This document shows positions 28,337 through 38,040 of a DNA stretch of 64,000 nucleotides, in pieces. The stretch lies in the NCBI GenBank assembly GCA_040218735.1, contig JAVJQW010000018.1, positions 160,001 to 224,000 on the forward strand. The letters run 5' to 3'. The notes below the pieces were generated by a model. It saw nothing but the letters and a program-made list of their open reading frames with translations. It was not told the DNA's origin and searched no databases. Position 1 is the first letter of the stretch. The number at the start of each line of letters is the position of its first letter. A program made the translations under genes and the position numbers. The DNA comes from Deltaproteobacteria bacterium (lineage in GTDB: Bacteria > Myxococcota > Kuafuiibacteriia > Kuafuiibacteriales > Kuafuiibacteriaceae).

Positions 28337-29626
28337 ATGACTACTCTCAGGCGCTCTGCCTGCACACTGTCGTTCTTCGTGTTGTCCGCCTGCCACGCGA
28401 CGGTCGACGCGCCCGACCCGAAGGAGGTGGGCCAGAACGAAACACCCCCCACCGCCTACACGCAGTACGACGTGTTCTCGACCGCGTCGCTCAACGGAGG
28501 CGCCGAGTACAACGAGTTCGCGTACAGCGTCGACCTCGGGATCTCGACGACCGAGGTGCTCGATCCCAACGCCTTCGACCGCGAGTCGATACGCGGTGGT
28601 GTCAGTGCGAATGGGCCGTCGACGGACGGCGTCGAAGCCGAGGAGCTGAGCGGGCTCACGCTCGAACAGACGCTCCTCGGGAACTTCGGCGAGGCGTTCA
28701 CCGCTCGTCTCGTGGATGGCCAGACCTACCAGATGGTCGTCGTCGGCGCCGTCACCGACGCGAGCAGCGGCCGCCGCTACTACGAGGTCGAGACGTCGCT
28801 GGATGGTGGGCCCTGGATCCCGCTGTGCGGCGAAGACGACGCCGGCGCGCCCATCCTCGCGCTCGCGGTGCCCGGCGTGTTCACGCCGGTCACCGTCGGT
28901 GCGAAGGATCGCGCGGGCGGTTGGCGCGCCTCGACCCACGAGTTCAACTTCGCCTGCCAGGGGAGCAGCGTCGCGAAGTGCGTGGAGATGGGATTCGCGC
29001 CGCACCTCGAGCTCGCGAACCGGCCCACCACCGTCACCTCGACGGTCCCCGAAGCAGCCAACTCGGGGGGCAACGAGACCGCCGGGAGCGCACGGGGCGG
29101 GGGGAGCGTCCATGCGTCCAACGGCGCGGGAGAAGGGCGCGGCGAATCGGCGACGAACGCCGGCAAGGGCTCTTCCGCCGGCCAGGGCTCCTCGGCCGGC
29201 CAGGGCTCCTCGGCCGACACGGGCTCCTCGGCCGACAAGGGCTCTTCGGCTGACGCGCGTGCGGAAGGGAGCGCCGCGCAGGGCGCGGCCGGGGCATCGG
29301 CGCAAGGCGGGCGTCCCTCGGTGATCACGACGCCGGTCTCCCAGGCCTACCACCAAGCGTGTGTTCGCATGCTGCGCGCTGACTACTGCGGCGACGGCGT
29401 GTCGCACACCCAGGCCGGCGTTCGCATTCGTTACTGGGATCGTCGCGGCGAGTCTCCGAGCCTCGACGGCTGGACGTTCGAGGCCGGCTGGAGCGAGGAC
29501 GGCGCGACCTGCATCGAGTCCACCCGCCTGGACCAGGCGAACGCGCCCGACTGCATCGCGGACCGCGTCGCGTCCGCCTGTGAAGGCAACGACCTCAGCC
29601 ACGCGATCGTTCGCAACGCCTTTTGA
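28337..29626 (+). CDS. ADYC-domain lipoprotein 1
   Basis: VLSAC lipobox; FNFAC...AKC..G, HQACVRMLRADYCGDG.SHT, FEAGW..DGATC. ATG 28337 chosen from its position relative to the promoter. Confidence 0.88.
   Translation: MTTLRRSACTLSFFVLSACHATVDAPDPKEVGQNETPPTAYTQYDVFSTASLNGGAEYNEFAYSVDLGISTTEVLDPNAFDRESIRGGVSANGPSTDGVEAEELSGLTLEQTLLGNFGEAFTARLVDGQTYQMVVVGAVTDASSGRRYYEVETSLDGGPWIPLCGEDDAGAPILALAVPGVFTPVTVGAKDRAGGWRASTHEFNFACQGSSVAKCVEMGFAPHLELANRPTTVTSTVPEAANSGGNETAGSARGGGSVHASNGAGEGRGESATNAGKGSSAGQGSSAGQGSSADTGSSADKGSSADARAEGSAAQGAAGASAQGGRPSVITTPVSQAYHQACVRMLRADYCGDGVSHTQAGVRIRYWDRRGESPSLDGWTFEAGWSEDGATCIESTRLDQANAPDCIADRVASACEGNDLSHAIVRNAF
29159..29248 (+). repeat. Five 18-bp tandem repeats encoding A[GD][KQT]GSS
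   Basis: GCCGGCCAGGGCTCCTCG-type units within a low-complexity insert of ADYC gene 1. Confidence 0.9.
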
Positions 29627-29644
29627 GCGTCGACGCGCAGAGAA

Positions 29645-29661
29645 CGGCGCGCCGATTCGGC
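29645..29661 (+). promoter_or_regulatory. Candidate upstream activator sequence, copy 2
   Basis: CGGCGCGCCGATTCGGC, starting 58 bp before the -24 TGGC. Confidence 0.5.
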
Positions 29662-29702
29662 CGCCGCCGCCTCGGGCACCACCTTCCACCAAACGTGAGC
29701 GA

Positions 29703-29718
29703 TGGCACGGACCCTGCT
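29703..29718 (+). promoter_or_regulatory. Putative sigma54 promoter of ADYC gene 2
   Basis: TGGCACG-GACC-CTGCT. Confidence 0.75.
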
Positions 29719-29732
29719 CAGGAAAGAACACG

Positions 29733-30764
29733 ATGAAGCCACGACCCACGACCGCACTCCTCGCCACGCCCTTGCTCTTCGCCGCGTGCCACGCACCCGG
29801 CGATGCGCTTCAGCCGATCCAAATCGATACGACGCAGCACGCCGCGACCTACAGCGACAGCAGCTCGTCGTACACGGTCAACGGCGGCAGCTCCTACAAC
29901 ACCTATTCGTACAGCTCGTACAACAACACCTACTCGACGCAGCCCAGCGGCTATGACAGCGGCGGCGGCGCGAAGAGCGGGGTCAGCGCCAACGGGCCGT
30001 CCACGGACGGGGTCGAGGACGAAGAGCTGTCCGGCCTCGAGCTCGAGCGGTCGTTGCTCGACAACCTTGGCTCGCCGTTCCTCGCCAAGCTCGTCGACGG
30101 GCGCACCTACCAGATGGTCGTCGTCGGCGCGTTCGAAGACGAGGGGACCGGCCGCCGCTACTTCGAGGTCGAGACCTCGATCGACGACCAGCCCTGGATC
30201 CCGCTGTGCGGCCTCGACGCGGCCGGCGCGCCGATCCTCGCGCTGGCGGTGCCCGGGGTGTTCACCGCGGTCGCGCTCGACGCGCAGGATCGCGCCGGCG
30301 GCTGGCGCCCCTCCGCGGACGAGTTCAACTTCGCGTGCCGCGGCAGCAGCGTCGCGAAGTGCGTCGAGCTGGGCTACGCGCCGCACCTCGACCTGCCTCG
30401 ACAGGCGTCGAGCGGCGGCGAGTCGTCGGACGGCCGTCGACGGCAGACGCAGTCGCAGGAGATCGACACGCCGATGGCGCAGGCCTACCACCAGGCTTGT
30501 GTCCGCATGTTGCGCGCCGACTACTGCGGCGATGGGGAGTCCCACACGCAGGCCGGCGTCATGATTAGGCACTGGGACATGCGCGCGGGTTGGCCGAGCC
30601 TCGAGGGCTACGACTTCGAGGCGGGCTGGAGCGCGGACGGCGCGACGTGCATCGAGGACACGCGCCTCGAGCACACGAGCGTCCCGGCCTGTGTGGCCGA
30701 CCGCACCGCGCGCAAGTGTGGTCGCAACGCGTTGCGTGAGGCGCTCGTCGGCGACGCGTTCTGA
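29733..30764 (+). CDS. ADYC-domain lipoprotein 2 (paralog of gene 1)
   Basis: MKPRPTTALLATPLLFAAC lipobox; same GVSANGPSTDGVE...RADYCGDG core. Confidence 0.88.
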   Translation: MKPRPTTALLATPLLFAACHAPGDALQPIQIDTTQHAATYSDSSSSYTVNGGSSYNTYSYSSYNNTYSTQPSGYDSGGGAKSGVSANGPSTDGVEDEELSGLELERSLLDNLGSPFLAKLVDGRTYQMVVVGAFEDEGTGRRYFEVETSIDDQPWIPLCGLDAAGAPILALAVPGVFTAVALDAQDRAGGWRPSADEFNFACRGSSVAKCVELGYAPHLDLPRQASSGGESSDGRRRQTQSQEIDTPMAQAYHQACVRMLRADYCGDGESHTQAGVMIRHWDMRAGWPSLEGYDFEAGWSADGATCIEDTRLEHTSVPACVADRTARKCGRNALREALVGDAF

Positions 30765-30786
30765 GTCGACTTCGCTCGGCGGTCGC

Positions 30787-31167
30787 TCAGGCCACCGAGC
30801 TCTCTTGCAAGACAGCTTGCATGGCCTCCAACAGCTCCGCTCGCTCGAAGGGTTTGTAGAGCACGCGCTTCGCCCCCAACATCTTGGCGACCTTCAGGGG
30901 CTGCGCACCACACACCCGCCCGCCTCCCGACATCGCGATGATCGGAACCGTGGGATCGAGCTCCTTGAACCGTCGGATGAACTCGAGACCCTCCACGTCC
31001 GGCATGATGATGTCCGTGAGCACGGCGTCGAAGGCCTCGCAGTTGGCGGCGCGCAGACCGCGCTCGCCGTTTTCGGCTTCGACGACTTCGTAACCCGCGC
31101 GCAGCAGGAACTTCGCGATGGTCTTGCGGAAGGGCTCTTCGTCGTCGATGAGGAGGACTCGGGTCAC
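30787..31167 (-). CDS. Single-domain response regulator
   Basis: LLIDDEE, TDIIMP (phospho-Asp), MSG, KPF; GTG start 31167. Confidence 0.92.
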   Translation of the reverse strand: MTRVLLIDDEEPFRKTIAKFLLRAGYEVVEAENGERGLRAANCEAFDAVLTDIIMPDVEGLEFIRRFKELDPTVPIIAMSGGGRVCGAQPLKVAKMLGAKRVLYKPFERAELLEAMQAVLQESSVA

Positions 31168-31173
31168 GCTCGG

Positions 31174-31201
31174 ATCATCGGCCGTCCGGGCCCGACCTTC
31201 A
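31174..31201 (-). promoter_or_regulatory. Candidate sigma28-like internal promoter
   Basis: The minus strand reads TGAA-N15-GCCGATGA, versus TAAA-N15-GCCGATAA, within the 35-bp gap. Confidence 0.4.
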
Positions 31202-31202
31202 C

Positions 31203-33086
31203 TCAACCGGCGCGCTGCAGCGTCGCCGAGGTGGCGGGGAACCACACCACGAACGTCGTCCCGGCGCCGACCTTCGAGTCGATCTGCACGCGGCCTCCGG
31301 CTTCCTTGACGATTCCGTGCACGGTCGCCAATCCGAGGCCGGTTCCGCGGCCGACCTCCTTGGTCGTGAAGAACGGCTCGAAGATGTGGTCGATGACCGA
31401 CTGCGGCATACCGCTGCCTCGGTCCGAGACACACAACGCCACGCCGCCGACGTCTGCGGTGGCGGAGACGTCGATGGCGGTCCCCTCCTCGGACGCGTCG
31501 CGCGCGTTGACGACGAGGTTCATCAGGATCTGCTCGAGCTGGGTGGGGTCGAGCCAGATCGCGGGGAGGTCTTCGGCGCACGCGACGTTCACCGTGTGTT
31601 TGGGGGCCGCGCGATCGAGGATCGGTCGTAGCCCCGACATCACCGCCTGCACTTCGATCGCCGAGGGGGTGCCGGAGCGCTGCCGCGAGAACGTAAGGAG
31701 CTGCTTCGTGAGGCGCGCGCCGCGCTGAGCCGCCTGATCGATGACCTCCAGCTCACCCATGATGTCCGCCGTCTGTCCCGGGGTCCCGACGTCTTCGACC
31801 AGCAGCTCCACGTTGCTGCGGATCACCGCGAGGAAGTTGTTGAAGTCGTGCGCGATCCCTCCAGACAGTTGGCCGACCAAGGCGAGGCGCTCGGTCGTCG
31901 CGGCCTGGGCGGCGCGGTCGCGCACGATCGTCACGTCCGTGAGCGCGACGATCGTCTCCGCGGCGTGCTCGAACGCGACGACCTGAAAGATCGCGTGCAC
32001 GCCGGGCGGCGCGTGTACGTCGACCGGCCCGTGTGCGCTCATCGCGATGATCTCGTCGAGGCTCCACGCCTCGAGCTTCTCCAACGGAACGGCGGGGTCG
32101 ACACCGAGGCGCTCGAACGCTCGCCGCGCGCTCGGGTTGGCGTGGATGACCTCGCGTTCGGGACCGAGGAGCGCCACCCCGATCGGGAGCGCCTCGAGCG
32201 TGGAGGCGAGGCGTTGGCGTTCTGCGTCCTGTACGCGAGAGACCTCCTCGCGCACGGTCATGGCTTCGACGCAGAGGGCGGCGTGGTTCGCGATCGTCGT
32301 GAACAGGGCGAGGTCCGTCTCCGTGAAGACGTTCGTCGCCACGCGCGAGTCGACGTGGAAGACACCTCGGACGTGGTCCTCGTAGATCAGCGGCACGTAC
32401 ATCGCGGAGTGTACGCCGGTCGCGCTGATCGACTGGGAGCGTGAGAACCGCAGGTCGGTCGCCGCGTCCGCCACGATGAGCCCGCGGCGGGTTCGGGCGA
32501 CCTCCTCGAAGATGGTCTGGGAGATTGGATCCGTGGCGTCGCCCTTGCGGGAGCGCGCGGCGCGACGGGCGACCTGCGTCGTGCCCTTCTCGAAGAGCGC
32601 GATCGAGCCGCGCTCCGCGGAGAGGAGATCGAAGGCGGTGTCGAGGATGCGTTCGAGCATGCGGTCCAGGTCGTGTTCGACGCCGATGGCTCGCGTGAGC
32701 TCGTAGGTCGCGCGGAGCATCTCGTAGTTTCGCCGAAGCGAGACGACGTCGTTGATGTCGTCCTCGCGTGGGAAGTCGGCCGTCGACGCTGCGATGGAGG
32801 TCGCACCTTCGAAGGTTAGCGTCGTCTCGCCGAGCCGGATCTTCGTGCCGGCTGCGAGCGGGACTTCACGTCTGCGCTCGCCGGCTACGTGGACGCCGTA
32901 GCTGCTGTTGTTGTCCTCGAGGATCAGCTGTCCGTCGGCACCCCGCGCGATGCGGGCGTGGAGGCGGGAGATCGATCGGTCGGCGATGACGATCGAGCAG
33001 CCGTCGTCGCGGCCGATCGTCATGCCGACGTCGACGTCGGCGTGGTGGGGCGTTCCGTCCGGGCTCTGCCATACGAAGCGACTCAT
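31203..33086 (-). CDS. FHA-GAF-PAS sensor histidine kinase (soluble)
   Basis: FHA IGR..SISRLHA..NSSYG; GAF SAMYVPL; H-box GGIAHDFNN, N-box NLVVNARDA, FEPFFTTK, GTGLGL. ATG 33086 overlaps the upstream stop. Confidence 0.92.
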   Translation of the reverse strand: MSRFVWQSPDGTPHHADVDVGMTIGRDDGCSIVIADRSISRLHARIARGADGQLILEDNNSSYGVHVAGERRREVPLAAGTKIRLGETTLTFEGATSIAASTADFPREDDINDVVSLRRNYEMLRATYELTRAIGVEHDLDRMLERILDTAFDLLSAERGSIALFEKGTTQVARRAARSRKGDATDPISQTIFEEVARTRRGLIVADAATDLRFSRSQSISATGVHSAMYVPLIYEDHVRGVFHVDSRVATNVFTETDLALFTTIANHAALCVEAMTVREEVSRVQDAERQRLASTLEALPIGVALLGPEREVIHANPSARRAFERLGVDPAVPLEKLEAWSLDEIIAMSAHGPVDVHAPPGVHAIFQVVAFEHAAETIVALTDVTIVRDRAAQAATTERLALVGQLSGGIAHDFNNFLAVIRSNVELLVEDVGTPGQTADIMGELEVIDQAAQRGARLTKQLLTFSRQRSGTPSAIEVQAVMSGLRPILDRAAPKHTVNVACAEDLPAIWLDPTQLEQILMNLVVNARDASEEGTAIDVSATADVGGVALCVSDRGSGMPQSVIDHIFEPFFTTKEVGRGTGLGLATVHGIVKEAGGRVQIDSKVGAGTTFVVWFPATSATLQRAG

Positions 33087-36000
33087 GGCGAAGTGGTCTC
33101 CTTTGCGAGGTCCATGCAGACACGAAGCCCGACCGACCCGACGCGCAGCGAGGACACGGCGACTGCGCGGTTGGTGAGGCGGTTGGTCTTGGCGTCGTAG
33201 AAGAAGCTGCCGCCTCGGAGCACGAACGTGCTCGTCGAGGTGGCCGCGGTGGTCCATTCGAAGGCGTTGCCCGCCATGTCGGCGAGGTCGAAGGGGCTGT
33301 CGGAGTCGGGGTGCGCGCCGACCTCGTCCGGGCCCATCCCGCCGGGCGCCTTGGCGTACGTCTGGTCGAAGTTGATCGCGTCGGGGTCGAGGACGTTGGC
33401 GTGCGGGTACTCGCGACGGTCGGCGCCGCGCGCGGCTCGCTCCCACTCGCGCTCGGTGCACAGGCGCGCGCCGGGGACGCGCTTCGTATCGTTCAGCCAC
33501 GCGAGGTACGGCTGTGCGTCGTCCGCGGAGACGCCCGTCACCGGCATCCGCAACCAATCTTGCGCTCGGCGGCGATCGCGATCCGGGTAGCGGATCGGCT
33601 CGCCCGAGCGCGCGCGATACGTGACCTTCGCGGGTCGCATCGTGACCGACCACCCTCGCGCGTCGCGGGTGAGTGCCTGGCCGCCCGACGTGAGGCCGGC
33701 GTCGTTCATCTCGGACCCGAGGAGGGCGGCGCGGGACTTCTTGGGGAGGTCGTCGAGGAACGCGAGCCACTGTTCGTAGGTCACTTCGTGTCGCGCGATC
33801 GCAAACGCGGGGAGCGTCGCGGTGTGGGCGGGGACCGCGTCGAAGAAGCCGATTCGGGACTCGTCGTCCGCGGTGCTCCCGTAGACGAAACGCCCCGCGG
33901 GCACATAAACGAACCCGTCCGGGAGCGGTGGTGGTGCCGCGCGTACGTCCAGGCGCAACCGTTCGCCGCGGGTGACCACGAACGGGTACCGCACCGTCGT
34001 TCCCTCGTGCGGGACCGAGAGCCGATACGAGCCCGGGGGCAACGTCACCGCTTCGGTCACGGCTTGGTCGACGGCGACCGGCACGAAGCGGTGGTCTTCG
34101 GAGCCGTAGCGTTCGAGCGTCGCCGAGGTTTGCGCCGGGAGGCCGACGAGCTCGACGGTCGCCGGCGCATTCCAGCGTTCGCGCAGTGTGCCTCCGTCGT
34201 CGTAGAGGGCGAGGCGATCCAGGAGCTCCGACGCGAGCGCGGGTTCTTCGCGGAGCTCTGCGAGCGTCGCGCGCGCGTAGAGGAGCTCGGCGAAGCGCTC
34301 GCGGAGGTCGTCCCGGTCGGGGCGGTGGCCGATCGCCCGCTCCACGTGCTGGAGCGCCTCGCGGTACTTGTCCTCCGCGCGCTCCGCGGCGAGCTTCGCG
34401 GCCGACCACTTCTCCTCCGCGTCTTCGTCGGCGCGATCGAACGCGGCGAAGGCGTCGTGGCGATGCACGTCGTGCTCGCCGCGCGCGGCCTCGGCTTCGG
34501 TGCTCGCTGCGAGGCCCTGCGCGAGCGCCTCCTGTGCGCGGCGTTCGGCGACGCTGTGTTGGTACGCGTAGAAGCCGACCAAAGAGAGCACGACGAAGAG
34601 CGGCGGCGACACGAAGCGCGCGATGCGGCGGGTGCGTTGCCGACGTACGCGGCCGTGGGACGCGGCGAGGAACGCAGCACCATCGGGGCTCGGATCGATG
34701 CGATCGACGAGCGGCGCGATCTCCTCGAGCTGCGTCGTCGACCACAGCGCTTCTGTTGCACGGTCGAGGCGCAGCCACTCCTTCACACCCGCGTTGAGCC
34801 GGTCCTGCGCCGCGCGGACGTCCTCGTCCTCGTGACGCCAGCGTACGAACGTCGGCCACCCGGTGATCAGGACCTCGTGGGCGAGCTCGAAGACCGTCGT
34901 GTCGCCGAGCTCCGCGGCGACGACGAGTCGGCCGGCCACGAGCGCGTCGAGGGTCGCGCGGCGGGCGTGGTCGTCGCCCAGGAGGAGCTCCTCTGCGCTG
35001 CGCGCGACCTTCACCCCTTCGTCGGACGTGAGCATGACGAGGAGCGATCGCGCGTGGCGTCGGTGCCCGGCGGGGAGCGCGGCGACGACTTCGTCGGCGT
35101 GTCGCGCGAGCGCGCCGGCGACGCCGCCGAGGCTGTCGAGCGCGGCTTGGGTGATCGTCCCGGCGTCGATGTCTCGGAGGTGCCACAGCTTCTCGAGCGC
35201 GAACTGGAGGAGAGGGAGCGCGCCGCGGCGGTTCTGGGTCGTGGCGTCGACGAGGGCGTCGACGAGCGCTTCACTCTCGAAGCGGATCTGGGTGGCACGC
35301 GCCGGGCCGATGATGACGTCGCGGACGCCGTCCTCGTCGAGCGGGCTCATCACGTGGATGGAGCGGCAGAGCTGCTCGCCGAGGCGGGGCAGGGCGGCGA
35401 GACGCGTCAGGTAGTCGGCGCGCAGCGTGGCGAGGATGCGCACGCCGGGGACGTCGTCGCAGAGGCGCGCGAGGAGCTCGGCGACGCGGTCGCGCTCGGC
35501 TTCGACGCTCTGCGTGCAGAACTCTTCGAGTTGGTCGACGACGAGGACGATGCCGCGTTCGCTTCCGAGCTTCTTACGGAGCTGTGCGGCGAGGTCGTGG
35601 GGGCGCCGCTCGACGAGCTCGAGGAGCGCGTCGGCGCCGATCGCGACGAGCGCGTCGAGGGCGTCGATCAGGGCGGAGAGCGGGTGGCGACCCGGCGTCA
35701 TGCGCGCCGAGGACCAGGTGCGACCGTCGATGCCCTCCGCGAGGCGCGGGACCACGCCGGCGCGGACGAGTGAAGACTTGCCGAGCCCGGAGTCACCGGT
35801 GACGACGACGAGCGAGGCGGTTCGCAGCTTGTCGAGGACACGTTCGACGTCGCGCTCGCGGCCGAAGAACAAGGCGCGGTGGCGCGCGTCGAACGCGGCG
35901 AGGCCGCGGTACGGGTTGCCTTCGGGGACGGGGCCGACGCGCTGATCGCGCCGGAGGTGCTCCAGCGCATCGGCGAGGGCCTCGGCGCTCTCGAACCGCG

Positions 36001-36958
36001 CGTCGGCTTCGCGCGCGAGGCAGCGGTCGACGAGCGCGGTGAAGCGGCGGTCGAGGCCGACCGTCTCGGTGGCGAGGCCGGGGGCATCCTCGCGGAGGAC
36101 CGTGTCCCGGAGGGCCTCGACGGGAGTCGATGCAAACGGCGTGTGTCCGGTGCACAGCTCGAACAGGAGCGCGCCGAGCGCGTAGAGATCGGTCGCCGCG
36201 GTCGCGGGCTCGGCGCGCCAGCTCTCGGGCGCCATGTAGTCGGGCGTCCCGAGGATCGCTCCTTCGTTCGTGATGCGCCGGGCCGTTGGCACGCCGGGGT
36301 GGGGGGCGATGGTGGCGTCGCGGAGGTCGGGGGCGATGGTGGCGTCGCGGGCCACCGGCGCGATCGTTGCGTCGCGGAGGTCGGGGGCGATCGTCCCGTC
36401 GCGGTGCACCGGCGCGATCGTGGCGTCGCGGAGACTCGCCGCCGCCGCGGTATCCCCGGTCGGCTCGCGAGCATCGGGCCCCTGCTCGAGGAGCTTCGCG
36501 AGCCCGAAGTCGACGAGCTTGGGCTGATCACCTTCGCCGAGGATCACGTTCCCGGGTTTGAGGTCGCGGTGCAGCACGCCGCGTTCGTGCGCGGCGGCGA
36601 GGCCGCGGGCGAGGCCCACGGCGATGTCGAGCACGCGGTCGTAGGCGAGCGGGAGCTCGAGGTCGTCGAGCGCGCGACCGGCGACGAACTCGGAGACCAG
36701 GAACGGGCTCCCGTCGATCTCGCCCGCGCGGTACACCGCCGCGACGTTGGCGTGTTGGATGCGCGCGGCGGCGCGCGCTTCGACGAGGAACCGCTCCTTC
36801 GCGGCGGCCGACACGGCGCGCGATGCGATGCGTTTGACCGCGACGCGGCGGTCGAGGACCGGATCCCGCGCGAGATAGACCTCGCCCATGGCGCCTGCGC
36901 CGAGCTCGCGTTCGACGACATACTCGCCGAACGTCAGGGCGCGCGCCGCTGCGGTCAC
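33083..36958 (-). CDS. Ser/Thr kinase - nSTAND1-like NTPase - TM - FGE-sulfatase (SUMF1) domain protein
   Basis: [21 protein letters not shown]; [14 protein letters not shown], Walker [24 protein letters not shown]; C-terminal [30 protein letters not shown] start overlaps the activator stop. Confidence 0.92.
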   Translation of the reverse strand: MTAAARALTFGEYVVERELGAGAMGEVYLARDPVLDRRVAVKRIASRAVSAAAKERFLVEARAAARIQHANVAAVYRAGEIDGSPFLVSEFVAGRALDDLELPLAYDRVLDIAVGLARGLAAAHERGVLHRDLKPGNVILGEGDQPKLVDFGLAKLLEQGPDAREPTGDTAAAASLRDATIAPVHRDGTIAPDLRDATIAPVARDATIAPDLRDATIAPHPGVPTARRITNEGAILGTPDYMAPESWRAEPATAATDLYALGALLFELCTGHTPFASTPVEALRDTVLREDAPGLATETVGLDRRFTALVDRCLAREADARFESAEALADALEHLRRDQRVGPVPEGNPYRGLAAFDARHRALFFGRERDVERVLDKLRTASLVVVTGDSGLGKSSLVRAGVVPRLAEGIDGRTWSSARMTPGRHPLSALIDALDALVAIGADALLELVERRPHDLAAQLRKKLGSERGIVLVVDQLEEFCTQSVEAERDRVAELLARLCDDVPGVRILATLRADYLTRLAALPRLGEQLCRSIHVMSPLDEDGVRDVIIGPARATQIRFESEALVDALVDATTQNRRGALPLLQFALEKLWHLRDIDAGTITQAALDSLGGVAGALARHADEVVAALPAGHRRHARSLLVMLTSDEGVKVARSAEELLLGDDHARRATLDALVAGRLVVAAELGDTTVFELAHEVLITGWPTFVRWRHEDEDVRAAQDRLNAGVKEWLRLDRATEALWSTTQLEEIAPLVDRIDPSPDGAAFLAASHGRVRRQRTRRIARFVSPPLFVVLSLVGFYAYQHSVAERRAQEALAQGLAASTEAEAARGEHDVHRHDAFAAFDRADEDAEEKWSAAKLAAERAEDKYREALQHVERAIGHRPDRDDLRERFAELLYARATLAELREEPALASELLDRLALYDDGGTLRERWNAPATVELVGLPAQTSATLERYGSEDHRFVPVAVDQAVTEAVTLPPGSYRLSVPHEGTTVRYPFVVTRGERLRLDVRAAPPPLPDGFVYVPAGRFVYGSTADDESRIGFFDAVPAHTATLPAFAIARHEVTYEQWLAFLDDLPKKSRAALLGSEMNDAGLTSGGQALTRDARGWSVTMRPAKVTYRARSGEPIRYPDRDRRRAQDWLRMPVTGVSADDAQPYLAWLNDTKRVPGARLCTEREWERAARGADRREYPHANVLDPDAINFDQTYAKAPGGMGPDEVGAHPDSDSPFDLADMAGNAFEWTTAATSTSTFVLRGGSFFYDAKTNRLTNRAVAVSSLRVGSVGLRVCMDLAKETTSP
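36303..36433 (-). repeat. Five 27-bp tandem repeats encoding xxRD[AG]TIAP in the kinase activation segment
   Basis: [45 protein letters not shown] lies between DFG and GTPDYMAPE. Confidence 0.9.
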
Positions 36959-38004
36959 ACGTGTTTCCGGTCGGGGGAGAACGTCATGCGGTCGAGCTCG
37001 TACTGCTTGAGCTTCGTCGTGAACGTGCGCAGCGGCATCGAGATTAGGGCGGCGGCCTCGTTGCGTCGTCCGTCGGTGGCGATCAGCGCGCGGCGCATTC
37101 GGTCGCGCTCGAGGTCGGCGAGCTCGTCGGCGATCGGTTTGAAGCTGACGATGTCGGCGGTCTGGTGCCCGCCCGCGCCGGTCATCAGGGAGTCGAACAT
37201 CAGGTCCACGGTCGCGTCGCACCAGCTCCGGAAGTGCTCCGCGGTCAGCTCGGGGTCGTCGATGACGACGCCGAGGTAGTTCATCGCGGTCTCCAGCTCC
37301 CGGACGTTCCCCGGCCAAGCGTGTTCGTGAAGCTCCGCGATGAATCCGCGGGTGGGTTTCTTCATCGGCGTACCGGCGCGTGTGCAGGCGTCGAAGAGGA
37401 ACTTCTCCGCGAGCGCGTCGATGTCCGAGGGGCGCTCGCGGAGCGGCGGGATCTTGATCGTGGCGCCGCGGAGTCGGAAGAAGAGGTCCTTGCGGAAGCG
37501 ACCCTGTTTCACCTCCGCGCGCAGGGAGCGGTTGGTCGCGGCGACGACGCGCACGTCGACGGGGATCTCGGAGTGCTCGCCGACCGGGCGCACGCGCTTC
37601 GTCTCCAGGAAGCGGAGCAACTTGGCTTGCGCCTGTTCGCTCATCTCGCCGACCTCGTCGAGGAACAGCGTGCCTCCGCTCGCGGCGCGCACGAGCCCCT
37701 GCTGGTCGATGTCGGCGCCGGTGAACGCGCCGCGGCAGTGTCCGAAGAGCGCGCTCTCGATGAGGTTGTCGGGGAGCGCCGCGCAGTTGACGGCGACGAA
37801 CGGGCCCGTGTGCCGACGGGACCACTCGTGGACGGCCGCGGCGACGATCTCCTTGCCCGAGCCTGTCTCACCTTGGATCAGCACCGGGAGCGTCGCGTTG
37901 GCGAGGCGGGATCGGATCAGCTTGAAGATCTTCTGGACACCCCCGTCGGCGACGACGACGTCCTTGGATCCCACGACGTACATCTGGACCATCGATCGGG
38001 ACAT
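36955..38004 (-). CDS. Sigma54-dependent enhancer-binding protein lacking an N-terminal sensory domain
   Basis: [45 protein letters not shown] and a C-terminal Fis-type HTH; only about 40 aa precede Walker A. Confidence 0.93.
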   Translation of the reverse strand: MSRSMVQMYVVGSKDVVVADGGVQKIFKLIRSRLANATLPVLIQGETGSGKEIVAAAVHEWSRRHTGPFVAVNCAALPDNLIESALFGHCRGAFTGADIDQQGLVRAASGGTLFLDEVGEMSEQAQAKLLRFLETKRVRPVGEHSEIPVDVRVVAATNRSLRAEVKQGRFRKDLFFRLRGATIKIPPLRERPSDIDALAEKFLFDACTRAGTPMKKPTRGFIAELHEHAWPGNVRELETAMNYLGVVIDDPELTAEHFRSWCDATVDLMFDSLMTGAGGHQTADIVSFKPIADELADLERDRMRRALIATDGRRNEAAALISMPLRTFTTKLKQYELDRMTFSPDRKHV

Positions 38005-38040
38005 CGGTGGTCGGAGGGCGGGTATGAGTCTAGAGCGCGC

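Noticed and set aside
29159-36433. Short tandem repeats as a possible CRISPR array
   Set aside because: The units are in-frame coding repeats (18 and 27 bp) without unique spacers, and no cas genes are present.
33087-37825. Long N-terminal extensions given in the ORF track for the histidine kinase (to 35186) and the kinase (to 37825)
   Set aside because: They overlap genuine upstream genes in another frame. The true starts at 33086 and 36958 form stop/start overlaps.
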